From Burkholderiaceae bacterium (GTDB lineage: Bacteria; Pseudomonadota; Gammaproteobacteria; Burkholderiales; Burkholderiaceae_E), in the NCBI GenBank assembly GCA_049422085.1, contig JBMSOD010000001.1, positions 1 to 46,638 on the forward strand: 46,638 bases of DNA, read 5' to 3'. Below are positions 29,583 to 38,753 of the stretch, in pieces. How positions within the stretch are numbered: the first letter of the stretch is position 1; every line of letters starts with the position of its first letter. Under the pieces are notes generated by a model that saw only the letters and a list, made by a program, of their open reading frames with translations, did not search any database and was not told the origin of the DNA. Made by a program: the position numbers and the translations under genes.

Positions 29583-30254
29583 TCAGGTCACTCCGTAGCG
29601 TTGGCGATAGTCGGCTACGGCCGGACCGAACGCTGCCAGGGGTGAATCACGGCCTTGCGCGGCCAGATAGCCAAGCAGGTCGTGCAAGGATGCGATCGAC
29701 CAGACCGGAATGCCATAAAGGGCCTGCACCTCCTGGGCTGCCGATGTGGCCGTGGGTGCGTCGGCGGTACCGCCTCGCTCCTGGCGATCGAGTGCGATCA
29801 GCACCGCCGCGGGCGTGGCACCCTGCGCGCGAATGATCTCGACTGATTCGCGTACCGATGTGCCTGCAGAGATCACGTCATCGATGATCACCACGCGGCC
29901 GGCCAGAGGGGCACCGACGATCGTACCGCCTTCGCCATGGTCCTTGGCTTCCTTGCGGTTGTAGGCAAACGGAAGATTCAGACCCTCGCGGGCGAGTTCG
30001 ACGGCAGTGGCACTGGCCAGGGTGATCCCCTTGTAGGCAGGTCCGAAGAGCATGTCGAATTGCGCTCCGTCGTTCCTTGCTCTCATCAGTCGGGCGGCAT
30101 AGAACTGGGCGATGCGTCCGAGCCGGGCGCCATCGTTGAACAGTCCTGCATTGAAGAAGTAGGGCGAGTCCCGGCCGGCCTTGGTCCGAAAGCTGCCGAA
30201 TCGAAGCACCTGCGCCTGCAGGGCGAAGCTGATGAAGTCGTCGTGCGCGTTCAT
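29583..30254 (-). CDS. pyrE: orotate phosphoribosyltransferase
   Basis: The track ORF starts at 30479. ATG 30254 ([35 protein letters not shown]) gives 223 aa with the PRPP-binding loop [13 protein letters not shown]. Confidence 0.92.
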   Translation of the reverse strand: MNAHDDFISFALQAQVLRFGSFRTKAGRDSPYFFNAGLFNDGARLGRIAQFYAARLMRARNDGAQFDMLFGPAYKGITLASATAVELAREGLNLPFAYNRKEAKDHGEGGTIVGAPLAGRVVIIDDVISAGTSVRESVEIIRAQGATPAAVLIALDRQERGGTADAPTATSAAQEVQALYGIPVWSIASLHDLLGYLAAQGRDSPLAAFGPAVADYRQRYGVT

Positions 30255-30302
30255 GCCGTGACGGAATCCGAAGGAGACAGGCGCCTGCGGTACTCTTTGC
30301 AG

Positions 30303-31091
30303 ATGCTCAGAATCATCAGCGCCAATCTCAATGGTATCCGCTCGGCCGCAAGCAAGGGTTTTTTCGACTGGCTGGCCGGACAACGGGCCGATTTCGTCGG
30401 TGTCCAGGAACTCAAGGCTCAGGCAGAGCAGGTCGAGGGCGCCTTCGATGCACCGGCCGGGCTGGCAGGCTGGTTCCACTACGCCCAGAAAAAGGGCTAT
30501 TCGGGCGTCGGACTGTATTCACGTCATGCGCCAAGCGATGTCATCACCGGGATCGGTGCGCCTGAGTTCGATGACGAGGGACGCTGGGTCGAGTTGCGGT
30601 TCGACCGGCCCGGACGTCGGCTGAGCATCATCTCCTGTTACTTTCCGAGTGGCTCGGCGAGTGAGGAGCGGCAGGCCTCGAAATTCCGGTTCCTCGAAGT
30701 CATGCGCCCTCATCTGATCAGCCTGAAGGCGGACCGCGAGTTCGTGCTGGTCGGCGATGTGAACATCGCGCATCAGCAGATCGACCTGAAGAACTGGAAG
30801 AGCAATCAGAAGAACAGCGGTTTTCTGCCCGAGGAACGTGCCTGGATGAGCGGGTTGTTTGAACAGGGCTTGAATGATGTGTACCGGCGCCTGCATCCGG
30901 AGGCGTCCGATACCAGCTACACCTGGTGGAGCAATCGCGGCGCAGCCTACGAAAAGAACGTCGGCTGGCGGATCGACTACCATCTGGCCACAAATGCCAT
31001 TGCGGACACGGCAGTTCGGGCAGAGGTCTTCAAGGACCTGCGCTTCAGTGACCATGCTCCGCTCACGGTGGACTACGATTTCGCGCTCTAA
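30303..31091 (+). CDS. xthA: exodeoxyribonuclease III (AP endonuclease)
   Basis: The track ORF starts at 29937, antisense to pyrE. ATG 30303 gives [15 protein letters not shown]... (E. coli MKFVSFNINGLRA) and 262 aa ending with the SDHAPLTVD catalytic His motif. Confidence 0.9.
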   Translation: MLRIISANLNGIRSAASKGFFDWLAGQRADFVGVQELKAQAEQVEGAFDAPAGLAGWFHYAQKKGYSGVGLYSRHAPSDVITGIGAPEFDDEGRWVELRFDRPGRRLSIISCYFPSGSASEERQASKFRFLEVMRPHLISLKADREFVLVGDVNIAHQQIDLKNWKSNQKNSGFLPEERAWMSGLFEQGLNDVYRRLHPEASDTSYTWWSNRGAAYEKNVGWRIDYHLATNAIADTAVRAEVFKDLRFSDHAPLTVDYDFAL

Positions 31092-31120
31092 GAGGCGCGC
31101 CGCAGCATAGGAGACTCACC

Positions 31121-32113
31121 ATGAACCGCCGTCATGCCCTTCAGGCCTTCAGTCGCACGCTTGGCGCGGCTTGCGTCATCGGCAGCCCCGCTCTGGCGGG
31201 CGCCCAGTCGGCCTGGCCGAGCCGTCCGGTCAAGCTCATCGTCCCTGGAGGTCCGGGCAGTGGCACCGATGTGGTGTCGCGGGTCTTCGCCGATCTGCTG
31301 GGACAAGCCTTCAAGCAGCCTTTCGTGGTTGATAACCGTGCCGGAGCCAATGGCATGCTGGGCAGCCAGGTGGCCAAGGCTGCGGCGCCCGACGGCTATA
31401 CCCTGCTCTTCACCTATGCAGCGGCCCATGTGGTCAATCAGACCCTTTATGACAAGGCCGGCTACGACGGCGCCAAGGATTTCGATGCGATCGCCCAGAT
31501 CGGGGCCGGCGGCAATCTGCTGGTGGTCAGGGCCGACGTTCCTGCCAGCAATCTGCAGGAGTTCATCGCCTGGGCACGTCGGCAACCCGAGGGCAGCATT
31601 GCGTACGGCTCCTGGGGCATTGGCTCAGGCGGGCACCTGAGCATGGAGGCACTGTGTCAGGCCACGGGTCTTAAGATGCGACATGTGCCCTACAAGACCG
31701 CTGCCGCCTCCAATCAGGACATCATCGCCGGACACATCCAGACTGGTTTCGCGGCCACTGCTGCCTCGATTCCGCACATTCAGGCGGGCCGACTCAAGGC
31801 CGTGGCCATCAGTGGCACGCACCGGGTGCCCGCGCTGCCGCAGATCGCCACCATGACCGAGCAGGGCGTGAAGTTCGACGTCAATGCCTGGTACGGCATC
31901 TTTGCTCCGAAAGGGACACCGCGGGCGATCGTCGAGGCGGTCAACCGTGAGGTCAATCGGCTGATCGGAGCCCCCGAGCAGGCCGAGCGCTGGAAAACCC
32001 TGGGCTTCTCCTACATGCCCCAGCGCAGCCCCGAGGAATTTGCACAGCAGGTGGTGTCCGACATCCGCGACTGGGGTGATGTCGTGCGAAAGGGCAATAT
32101 CAAGGCAGAGTGA
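31121..32113 (+). CDS. Bug-family (TctC-like) tripartite tricarboxylate transporter substrate-binding protein
   Basis: 330-aa ORF with an N-terminal signal (MNRRHALQAF...ALAGAQS) and the typical Bug core (PVKLIVPGGPGSGTDV..., AWYGIFAPKGTP). No tctA/tctB genes are adjacent, so it is an orphan Bug. Confidence 0.85.
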   Translation: MNRRHALQAFSRTLGAACVIGSPALAGAQSAWPSRPVKLIVPGGPGSGTDVVSRVFADLLGQAFKQPFVVDNRAGANGMLGSQVAKAAAPDGYTLLFTYAAAHVVNQTLYDKAGYDGAKDFDAIAQIGAGGNLLVVRADVPASNLQEFIAWARRQPEGSIAYGSWGIGSGGHLSMEALCQATGLKMRHVPYKTAAASNQDIIAGHIQTGFAATAASIPHIQAGRLKAVAISGTHRVPALPQIATMTEQGVKFDVNAWYGIFAPKGTPRAIVEAVNREVNRLIGAPEQAERWKTLGFSYMPQRSPEEFAQQVVSDIRDWGDVVRKGNIKAE

Positions 32114-32166
32114 GCACCGCAGGCGCGCCTGGGTCGAGGGCTGGTTCGGGCGGCCCCGACACCGGG

Positions 32167-33105
32167 TCAGCGCACAGGTCCGGATCGCTCGTACAACGGC
32201 ATGACCTTGGGTAGCGCGCCTTTCAGGGTATCGATGCGCGTGCCGTGGGCGGGATGGGTGGACAGGAACTGAGGGGGCTCGCCCTTGCTGGCTGCGGCCA
32301 TTTTTTCCCAGAGGCTGACCGCAGCCCGGGGGTCGTAACCGGCCCGCGCCGCAATGTCCATACCCACCAGATCGGCATCGGTTTCATCACCGCGGTTGAA
32401 GCTGAGCAGGGCAAGTTTGGAAGTGCCCTGCGCCAGCATGCCGCCCAGATCGCCGTAACCCAGCACCTGGGACAGGACCGAGGCCCCCAGGGTCGCGGCC
32501 TGGGCAACCCGCTCCTGGCCGACCCGCTCCCGTCCGTGTTCGAGCAGCGCATGGGCCATTTCGTGCCCCATGATCATGGCGATCTCGTCATCGGTCAGCT
32601 TGAGGCGCTCGATGATCCCGGTGAAGAACACCACCTTGCCTCCCGGCATGACGAAGGCATTGATGGTGTTCGATGCAATCAGGTTGACCTCCCAGCGCCA
32701 CTCGTTGGCTCGCGGGCTGAAACGTGCGGTATGCGGCATGAGGCGCTTTGCGATCCGGATCAGGCGCTGACGCTGCGGATGGTCGGCCGGGGCCAGCGCC
32801 CGCTTGGCCGACGCCTGCTCGAGCAGCTGCCGATACTGCAGGGCGCCCTGTTTCTCGAGGGCCTCGGAGGAGGCAAGCCCTGCAACGCGGCTGCGTTTGG
32901 GTACCGGGATACCGTCATGGCTCTCTTCCTTTTTCGTCTGCGATGCTGACGACGCTGCAGCGTCTCGCGCCGAGAGCTCGGGTGCCCAGAGGGTCATCAG
33001 GGCCGCAAGTGCGAGCGCGACGGCAAGGTGGCGCAGCCTGCGAAGACGGCGTCCTTCTTGCGCTGTGCCGCGGTGATTCGAAATGATCCTGATCGAATGA
33101 AGCAT
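32167..33105 (-). CDS. M48-family zinc metalloprotease (secreted/periplasmic)
   Basis: 312-aa ORF with a signal-like N-terminus and the HExxH zinc motif HEMAHALLEH, followed by the third-ligand region (ETDAD). Confidence 0.85.
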   Translation of the reverse strand: MLHSIRIISNHRGTAQEGRRLRRLRHLAVALALAALMTLWAPELSARDAAASSASQTKKEESHDGIPVPKRSRVAGLASSEALEKQGALQYRQLLEQASAKRALAPADHPQRQRLIRIAKRLMPHTARFSPRANEWRWEVNLIASNTINAFVMPGGKVVFFTGIIERLKLTDDEIAMIMGHEMAHALLEHGRERVGQERVAQAATLGASVLSQVLGYGDLGGMLAQGTSKLALLSFNRGDETDADLVGMDIAARAGYDPRAAVSLWEKMAAASKGEPPQFLSTHPAHGTRIDTLKGALPKVMPLYERSGPVR

Positions 33106-33129
33106 GAGGGTCAGTGAGGATGGGGACAG

Positions 33130-33166
33130 GGCGACGCCGTGAGGCCGTTCGGCGACGCCGCAAGGC
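33130..33166. repeat. direct repeat ggcgacgccgNNaggc x2, 21 bp centre-to-centre, in the M48/ampG divergent intergenic region
   Basis: Copy 1 at 33130-33145 (ggcgacgccgtgaggc) and copy 2 at 33151-33166 (ggcgacgccgcaaggc) share 14 of 16 positions. The 21-bp offset equals two helical turns. The region is the 106-bp divergent promoter between the M48 start (33105) and the ampG start (33212). Confidence 0.5.
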
Positions 33167-33211
33167 TGTTCCTATTTTGGGGCAGCGTACACTGGCGCAA
33201 GCGTTTTCCCC

Positions 33212-34708
33212 ATGACCCATCCTGCCCATTCATCGCGCAGCACACTGGCTGCGGTCTTTGCCTCGCGCCGCATGGCCGCCATGCTGGGGCTCGGCTTTTC
33301 AAGCGGCCTGCCGCTGGCCCTGTCGGCCGGCACCCTGCAGGCCTGGCTGACTGTCGAGGGCATCGATATCAAGACCATCGGGCTCTTTGCGCTGGTAGGC
33401 CTGCCCTACACCTTCAAATTCGTCTGGGCGCCACTGCTCGACCGGTTCGAGCCGTCCTGGCTCGGACGTCGCCGGGCCTGGTTACTCGTCACCCAGCTGT
33501 TGCTGTCCGGCATCTGTCTTGCGATGTCCACACTGGATCCGGTCGCATCGATCGGACTGCTCGGTGGACTGGCGGTGGCCATGGCCTTTCTTTCCGCCTC
33601 GCAGGACATCGTGTTCGATGCCTACCGTGCTGATCTGCTGGGTCCCCATGAGCGGGGCGCTGGGGCAGCGGTCTCGGTGCTGGGCTACAGGCTGGCGATG
33701 CTGGTCTCAGGCGGGCTTGCCCTGATTCTGGCCGACCAGTGGCTCGGCTGGTCGGGGGCCTACCAGGTCATGGCGGTGCTGTTCGTCCTGATGGCGATCC
33801 TGACCCTCCTTGTGCCCCGATTGGCTGCTCAGGCTCCGCTGGCCCGGGATGCACGTGACACGGCGTCAGCCGAATGGAAAGGCTTCGTCGCCATGCTGCT
33901 GGCAGGAGGACTGACCGCCTGGGTGCTTCATGGCCTTGGAGCGGCGGTCCTGCCCGAGGGGGCAAGCCGCTTCCTGCGTCTGGGGGTCGACACGGCGATG
34001 ATCCTGGGCGCCTGTGCTGCAGGCCTGGGCGCAGCACGATGGGCAGGTTTCCCATCCTTCGTACAGCCTTGGGATGCCTTCTTCTCGCGGCGGCATGCGC
34101 TTGCGCTGCTCGCGATGATCGTGCTCTACAAGCTGGGAGATGCCTTCGCAGGAAGCCTGTCCACCGCCTTTCTGATCCGTGGTGCAGGGTTCAGCGCAAC
34201 CGAGGTGGGCGCGGTCAACAAGGCACTGGGCCTGATTGCCACCATTGTCGGGGCGCTGGCTGGGGGCGCCTTGCTCACCCGCGTCCGGCTGTATCCGGCG
34301 CTGATGATCTTCGGCGTGCTTCAGGCGGTCTCGAATCTCGGCTACTGGCTGATCGCTGTGAGCCCGAAGAGCCATGGCCTGATGGCTGCTGCCATCGGGA
34401 TCGAGAACCTCTGCGGCGGACTGGGGACTGCGGCTTTCGTGGCCTTTCTCATGGGGCTGACCGACGCCCGGTTTTCGGCTGCGCAGTACGCGTTGCTGTC
34501 TGCGCTGGCTGCGGTGGGCAGGGTCTATGTCGGGCCGAGCGCGGGCGTGATGGTCGAGGCCTTCGGGTGGCCGACCTTCTTCCTGCTGACGGTGCTGGCT
34601 GCACTGCCCGGGCTGCTCGTGCTGCGTCTGTTGCGTCAGGACGTAAATGAGATCGATGCCCGTCAGCGTGAGGATGCCCGCAGCAGCGAACGCGCATCAG
34701 GCGCCTGA
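33212..34708 (+). CDS. ampG: AmpG-family muropeptide MFS permease
   Basis: 498-aa polytopic ORF. The N-terminal LGFSSGLPLAL and PYTFKFVWAPLLDR motifs are characteristic of AmpG as I recall it. Confidence 0.85.
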   Translation: MTHPAHSSRSTLAAVFASRRMAAMLGLGFSSGLPLALSAGTLQAWLTVEGIDIKTIGLFALVGLPYTFKFVWAPLLDRFEPSWLGRRRAWLLVTQLLLSGICLAMSTLDPVASIGLLGGLAVAMAFLSASQDIVFDAYRADLLGPHERGAGAAVSVLGYRLAMLVSGGLALILADQWLGWSGAYQVMAVLFVLMAILTLLVPRLAAQAPLARDARDTASAEWKGFVAMLLAGGLTAWVLHGLGAAVLPEGASRFLRLGVDTAMILGACAAGLGAARWAGFPSFVQPWDAFFSRRHALALLAMIVLYKLGDAFAGSLSTAFLIRGAGFSATEVGAVNKALGLIATIVGALAGGALLTRVRLYPALMIFGVLQAVSNLGYWLIAVSPKSHGLMAAAIGIENLCGGLGTAAFVAFLMGLTDARFSAAQYALLSALAAVGRVYVGPSAGVMVEAFGWPTFFLLTVLAALPGLLVLRLLRQDVNEIDARQREDARSSERASGA

Positions 34709-34866
34709 TCCGGGCGGGATGCAGGCCTGTTCTGCCTGGACCCGGCCGCCAGTCCTTGCATGAAGGGCGGCTCGGTCGGGTGTCGGTCGCCTGTGTGGTG
34801 TCGATCGCGCTTGGCGCTATGATCCGGGCGTTCCGCCCCAAAAATCACCAACGAGGAGAACTCACC

Positions 34867-36099
34867 ATGAGTTTTGATCGCCGGCAGTTCCATCAGGCCA
34901 GTCTGGGCCTGGGTACCGCAGCCGCCGCTGCGCCCGCCATCAGCCGCGCACAGAATCGCGCTCTCAAGGTGGGCGTGCTCCTGCCCCGGTCGGGCGTGCT
35001 CGCCTTTGTGGGTCAGTCGTGCCAGATGGGCGCCGACATTGCGCCGGGCCTCATCAAGCAGATGCTGGGCGTTGACGTGCAGCTGATGAACGCTGACATC
35101 GAGAGCAACGTCGAAGTCGCTCGTGCCCGGGCCGAAAAGCTGATCAATGATGGCGCTCAGGTGCTGGTGGGACCGTTTGATTCGGGTGCGGCCATCGCCA
35201 TTGCCCAGGTCGCCGAGCAGCGCAAGGTGCCCTTCGTGGTCAACATCGCTGCTGCGCCCCAGATCACCGAACAGGGCTACAAGTACACCTTCCGCAATTT
35301 CCCGACCTCGATCGAGCTCATCCGCAACGGCTTGGCGCTCTATCGGGATCTGTTCCAGGCCACGAACGCAGCCCCCCGCACGGCCGTGTTCATGCATGTG
35401 AACGACACCTTCGGGCAGGCCAACCGCAAGGCCATCGACGCGATCCTGCCGACGCTCGATTACCTCCCCTTCAAGGTGGTCGAAACCATTTCCTATGATC
35501 CGGCCGCTCGCGACCTGTCGCTCGAAGTGGGCAAGGCCAAGGCGACCAAGGCCGATTTCATCATGCTGGTCAGCCGTCTCAATGACGCCATCCTGCTGAT
35601 GCGCGAACTGGTCAAGCAGCGCTGGTCGCCTCAGGCGGTCATGAGCCCGGGATCGCCCGGCATGTACGAGGCCCAGTTCTACAAGGCGCTGGGCAAGTAC
35701 AGCGACTACTGCATCTCCAATGTGCCCTGGTATGACCCCAAGGCAGCCCTGACTGCCCGGGTGGAGGCTGCATTTGACAAGGCCTTCCCCAAGGACAAGC
35801 TCATGTATCACGCACTGAACGTGGGCTATACCTTCGAGGCCCTGCTGATCGCTGCCGATGCATTCAAGCGGGCGGGGAGCGCTGACGGTACAGCCATCGC
35901 CGATGCCCTGCGCAAGACCGACATTACCGAGCGCATGATGCTTGGCGGTCCGATCCGTTTCAACGCCAAAGGCCAGAACACCAATCAGGCTTCGGCGTGC
36001 ATCCAGAACCGGGACGGCAAGCCGGTGGTGGTTCTGCCCAAGGTCTCGGCGCAGGCCGCGCCGGTGTATCCCGTGCCCGACTGGTCCAAGCGCGGCTGA
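34867..36099 (+). CDS. ABC transporter substrate-binding protein (Leu/Ile/Val-binding, type I PBP fold)
   Basis: The track ORF starts at 34756. ATG 34867 is preceded by GAGGAGA and gives MSFDRRQFHQASLGLGTAAAAAPAISRAQ, a Tat-like signal, and 410 aa with the LivK-type fold. Confidence 0.85.
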   Translation: MSFDRRQFHQASLGLGTAAAAAPAISRAQNRALKVGVLLPRSGVLAFVGQSCQMGADIAPGLIKQMLGVDVQLMNADIESNVEVARARAEKLINDGAQVLVGPFDSGAAIAIAQVAEQRKVPFVVNIAAAPQITEQGYKYTFRNFPTSIELIRNGLALYRDLFQATNAAPRTAVFMHVNDTFGQANRKAIDAILPTLDYLPFKVVETISYDPAARDLSLEVGKAKATKADFIMLVSRLNDAILLMRELVKQRWSPQAVMSPGSPGMYEAQFYKALGKYSDYCISNVPWYDPKAALTARVEAAFDKAFPKDKLMYHALNVGYTFEALLIAADAFKRAGSADGTAIADALRKTDITERMMLGGPIRFNAKGQNTNQASACIQNRDGKPVVVLPKVSAQAAPVYPVPDWSKRG

Positions 36100-36968
36100 T
36101 GTCCTACGACGCGATCGCCAACATCGTCCTGGGCGGCCTGCTGACCGGGCTCGTCTATGGACTGATGGCGCTGGGCCTGTCGGTCATCTATGGCGTGGTG
36201 CGCATCGTGAACTTCGCGCATGGCGAGTTGATGGCCGTGGCCATGTATGCAGCGGTGGTGGCCTTTGCTGCTGCCGGCATCGATCCGCTCTGGATGCTGG
36301 TGCCGGTGGCGGGGGTGTTCTTCGGGCTGGGCTATGTGCTGCAGCGCGGCCTGATCAATCCCTTCATCCATCGTCCCGAGCATTCGCAGTTCATGCTTCT
36401 CATGGCGGTCGCGCTGATCCTGGTCAATGGCCTGCTGGTCATCTTTGGCCCGGATGCCTTGAGCGTGCAGGTGGATTACTCGCTCGACTCCTATGCACTG
36501 GGTCCGATCATTGTCGACAAGGTGCGTGTCATCTGCGCGGGAGTCGCGGTCCTGGCCTGTGCTGCGCTGTTTGGCATTTTCAGATTCACGCCTTTCGGCA
36601 AGGCGATACGTGCCTGTGCCGACAATCTGCTTGGCGCCGAGGTGGTCGGCCTGAATGTGCGGCATCTGTATGCCATTACCTTCGGACTGGGAACCGCCTG
36701 TGTCGGCATTGCCGGCTGCCTGCTCAGCATGCTGGGCGATGTCACACCCAATTCCGGGCCGGCGTTCACGCTGCTGGCCTTCGTGATCGTGATCATTGGC
36801 GGGCTGGGCTCCATGACTGGCGCGCTGGCGGGCGGGGTGTTGATCGGCGTCAGCGAGGCGGTGGCCGGCCTGGTGATCACACCTTCGGCCAAGAGCATGC
36901 TCTCCTTTGCGCTGCTGATCGCGGTGCTGGCGCTGCGCCCGCAGGGCCTGTTCGGCCGCTCGGCCTGA
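36099..36968 (+). CDS. livH: branched-chain amino acid ABC transporter permease (LivH type)
   Basis: ATG 36099 overlaps the upstream stop (TGATG). The 289-aa product begins MSYDAIANIVLGGLLTGLVYGLMALGLSVIYG, the standard LivH N-terminus. Confidence 0.88.
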   Translation: MSYDAIANIVLGGLLTGLVYGLMALGLSVIYGVVRIVNFAHGELMAVAMYAAVVAFAAAGIDPLWMLVPVAGVFFGLGYVLQRGLINPFIHRPEHSQFMLLMAVALILVNGLLVIFGPDALSVQVDYSLDSYALGPIIVDKVRVICAGVAVLACAALFGIFRFTPFGKAIRACADNLLGAEVVGLNVRHLYAITFGLGTACVGIAGCLLSMLGDVTPNSGPAFTLLAFVIVIIGGLGSMTGALAGGVLIGVSEAVAGLVITPSAKSMLSFALLIAVLALRPQGLFGRSA

Positions 36969-36979
36969 GTCTGCGCGGC

Positions 36980-38041
36980 ATGAAGCTCCTGGCTCTGTTG
37001 CGCGACTGGCTTGCACAATCACCCGCGCGCTCGCGCAACGCCCTGCTTGTGCTGCTCGGCGTGCTGTTGCTGCTCCCCCTGGGTCTTGATCGCTACCTGA
37101 TTTCAGTCCTGATCCTGGTGCTCTATTTCGCCTTCGTCGGACAGGCCTGGAACATCATGATGGGGTTCTGCGGCCAGCTTTCGCTGGGCCATGCGCTCTA
37201 TGTCGGGCTGGGCGCGTATACCTCGGCGGCGCTCTTTCATCATTTCGGCGTGGTGCCCTGGCTGGGCGCGCTGGTCGCGGTGATGGTGTGCGTGGGTGTG
37301 GCCTCGATCATCGGCTGGCTGGCCTTTCGGTTCGGCATCTCGGGCACCTATTTCGCGCTGCTGACCATCGCTTTTGCGGAGTTCACCCGGATCGGATTCG
37401 ATCACTTCGGCTGGGTTGGCGGCTCGGGCGGCTTTTTCCTGAAGGTGGTCCAGCAGGACCAGGCCGACTGGCTCAATCTGCGCGGCGGGCCGACCCTGTT
37501 TTACTACCTCGCCCTGGGCCTTGCGGTGCTGGGCTTCGTGGTGTCGGCGCTTGTACTCCATGGCCGTGCGGGCTATTTCTTTCGTGCCATTCGAGACAAC
37601 GAGGAGGCCGCGCGTGCGGCAGGCGTAAACACCTTCCGCTACAAGATGCTCGCCGTCCAGATCTCGGCGGGTCTGACCGCACTGGCGGGCGTGTTCTTCG
37701 CCTTTTTCTACAACAATCTGTTTCCCGAGCAGATTTTCAATATCGGCCGCTCCATCGAGATCATCCTCGCCCCCATCATCGGCGGTGTTGGAACCCTCTT
37801 TGGTCCGATCCTGGGGGCAGCGGTGCTGACGCTGCTCTCCGAGGGACTCACGCATGCGCTTGCGGCCACCGGCCACGAGATTCCGGGCGTGAAGCAGATT
37901 CTCTATGGTGTCGCGCTCGGTGTGGCGATCATGTTCATGCCTCACGGGATCTGGCCCTGGCTTGCGCAGCGTCTGGGTTTCAGTCGGCATGGCGAGCAGG
38001 CGCCGGCAAGGAGCGAGGTTGAGGAGGACCGCCGTGCTTGA
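36980..38041 (+). CDS. livM: branched-chain amino acid ABC transporter permease (LivM type)
   Basis: The 699-aa track ORF is an upstream out-of-frame extension through livH. ATG 36980 (MKLLALLRDWL...) gives a 353-aa polytopic protein with the LivM core (GQLSLGHALYVGLGAY). Confidence 0.85.
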   Translation: MKLLALLRDWLAQSPARSRNALLVLLGVLLLLPLGLDRYLISVLILVLYFAFVGQAWNIMMGFCGQLSLGHALYVGLGAYTSAALFHHFGVVPWLGALVAVMVCVGVASIIGWLAFRFGISGTYFALLTIAFAEFTRIGFDHFGWVGGSGGFFLKVVQQDQADWLNLRGGPTLFYYLALGLAVLGFVVSALVLHGRAGYFFRAIRDNEEAARAAGVNTFRYKMLAVQISAGLTALAGVFFAFFYNNLFPEQIFNIGRSIEIILAPIIGGVGTLFGPILGAAVLTLLSEGLTHALAATGHEIPGVKQILYGVALGVAIMFMPHGIWPWLAQRLGFSRHGEQAPARSEVEEDRRA

Positions 38042-38753
38042 GGTGCACAGCGCAAGCAAGCGATTCCGTGGCGTGAAGGCGGTCACCGGGGCCAGCCTCG
38101 AGGTGCGAAAGGGTGAAATCGTTGCCTTGATCGGTCCCAATGGGGCGGGCAAGACCACCCTGTTCAACCTGATTGCGGGCGCCTTGACGCCCAATGAGGG
38201 TCGTATTGTTTTCGAAGGCAGGGACATCACCGGTCTGCGTCCGGATCAGGTGTGCGCCGTCGGTATCGGACGGACCTTTCAGATCGTCAAGCCCTTTGCA
38301 GACATGACCGTGCTCGAAAATGCCATGGTCGGCGGCTTCAGGGGGACATCGGATCTGCGGGTTGCCCGTCGTCGTGCAGACGGCGCACTTGAAGCGCTGG
38401 GCATGCAGGCCTTGCGCGACCGCCCCGCGGCCAGTCTCACCCTGCCCGATCGCAAGCGCCTCGAAGTGGCTCGCGCCCTGGCGACCGAACCACGTCTGCT
38501 GCTGCTCGATGAGGTCATGGCAGGCCTGAGGCCCACCGAAACCGATCGCATGGTCGAGGCTTTTCGCAGGCTCAATCGCGAGACGGGGATCACCATCCTG
38601 CTGATCGAGCATGTCATGCGTGCGGTCATGGCCCTGGCCCAGCGCGTCTATGTGCTGAATCACGGCGAGATCATCGCCCATGGCGAACCCGCTGACGTGG
38701 TCAAGGACCCGAAGGTGCTCGAGAGCTATCTCGGCGCGGAGGCCTTCGAATGA
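38034..38753 (+). CDS. livG: branched-chain amino acid ABC transporter ATP-binding protein (LivG type)
   Basis: GTG 38034 lies 6 nt after GAGGAGG and overlaps the livM stop; ATG 37989 is an alternative start. It has Walker A GPNGAGKTT and Walker B LLLLDEVMAG. Confidence 0.88.
   Translation: MLEVHSASKRFRGVKAVTGASLEVRKGEIVALIGPNGAGKTTLFNLIAGALTPNEGRIVFEGRDITGLRPDQVCAVGIGRTFQIVKPFADMTVLENAMVGGFRGTSDLRVARRRADGALEALGMQALRDRPAASLTLPDRKRLEVARALATEPRLLLLDEVMAGLRPTETDRMVEAFRRLNRETGITILLIEHVMRAVMALAQRVYVLNHGEIIAHGEPADVVKDPKVLESYLGAEAFE

Noticed and set aside
35942-36979. Upstream 346 codons of the 699-aa ORF that ends as livM
   Set aside because: This part runs out of frame through the SBP 3' end and all of livH. 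The LivM homology begins only at ATG 36980.
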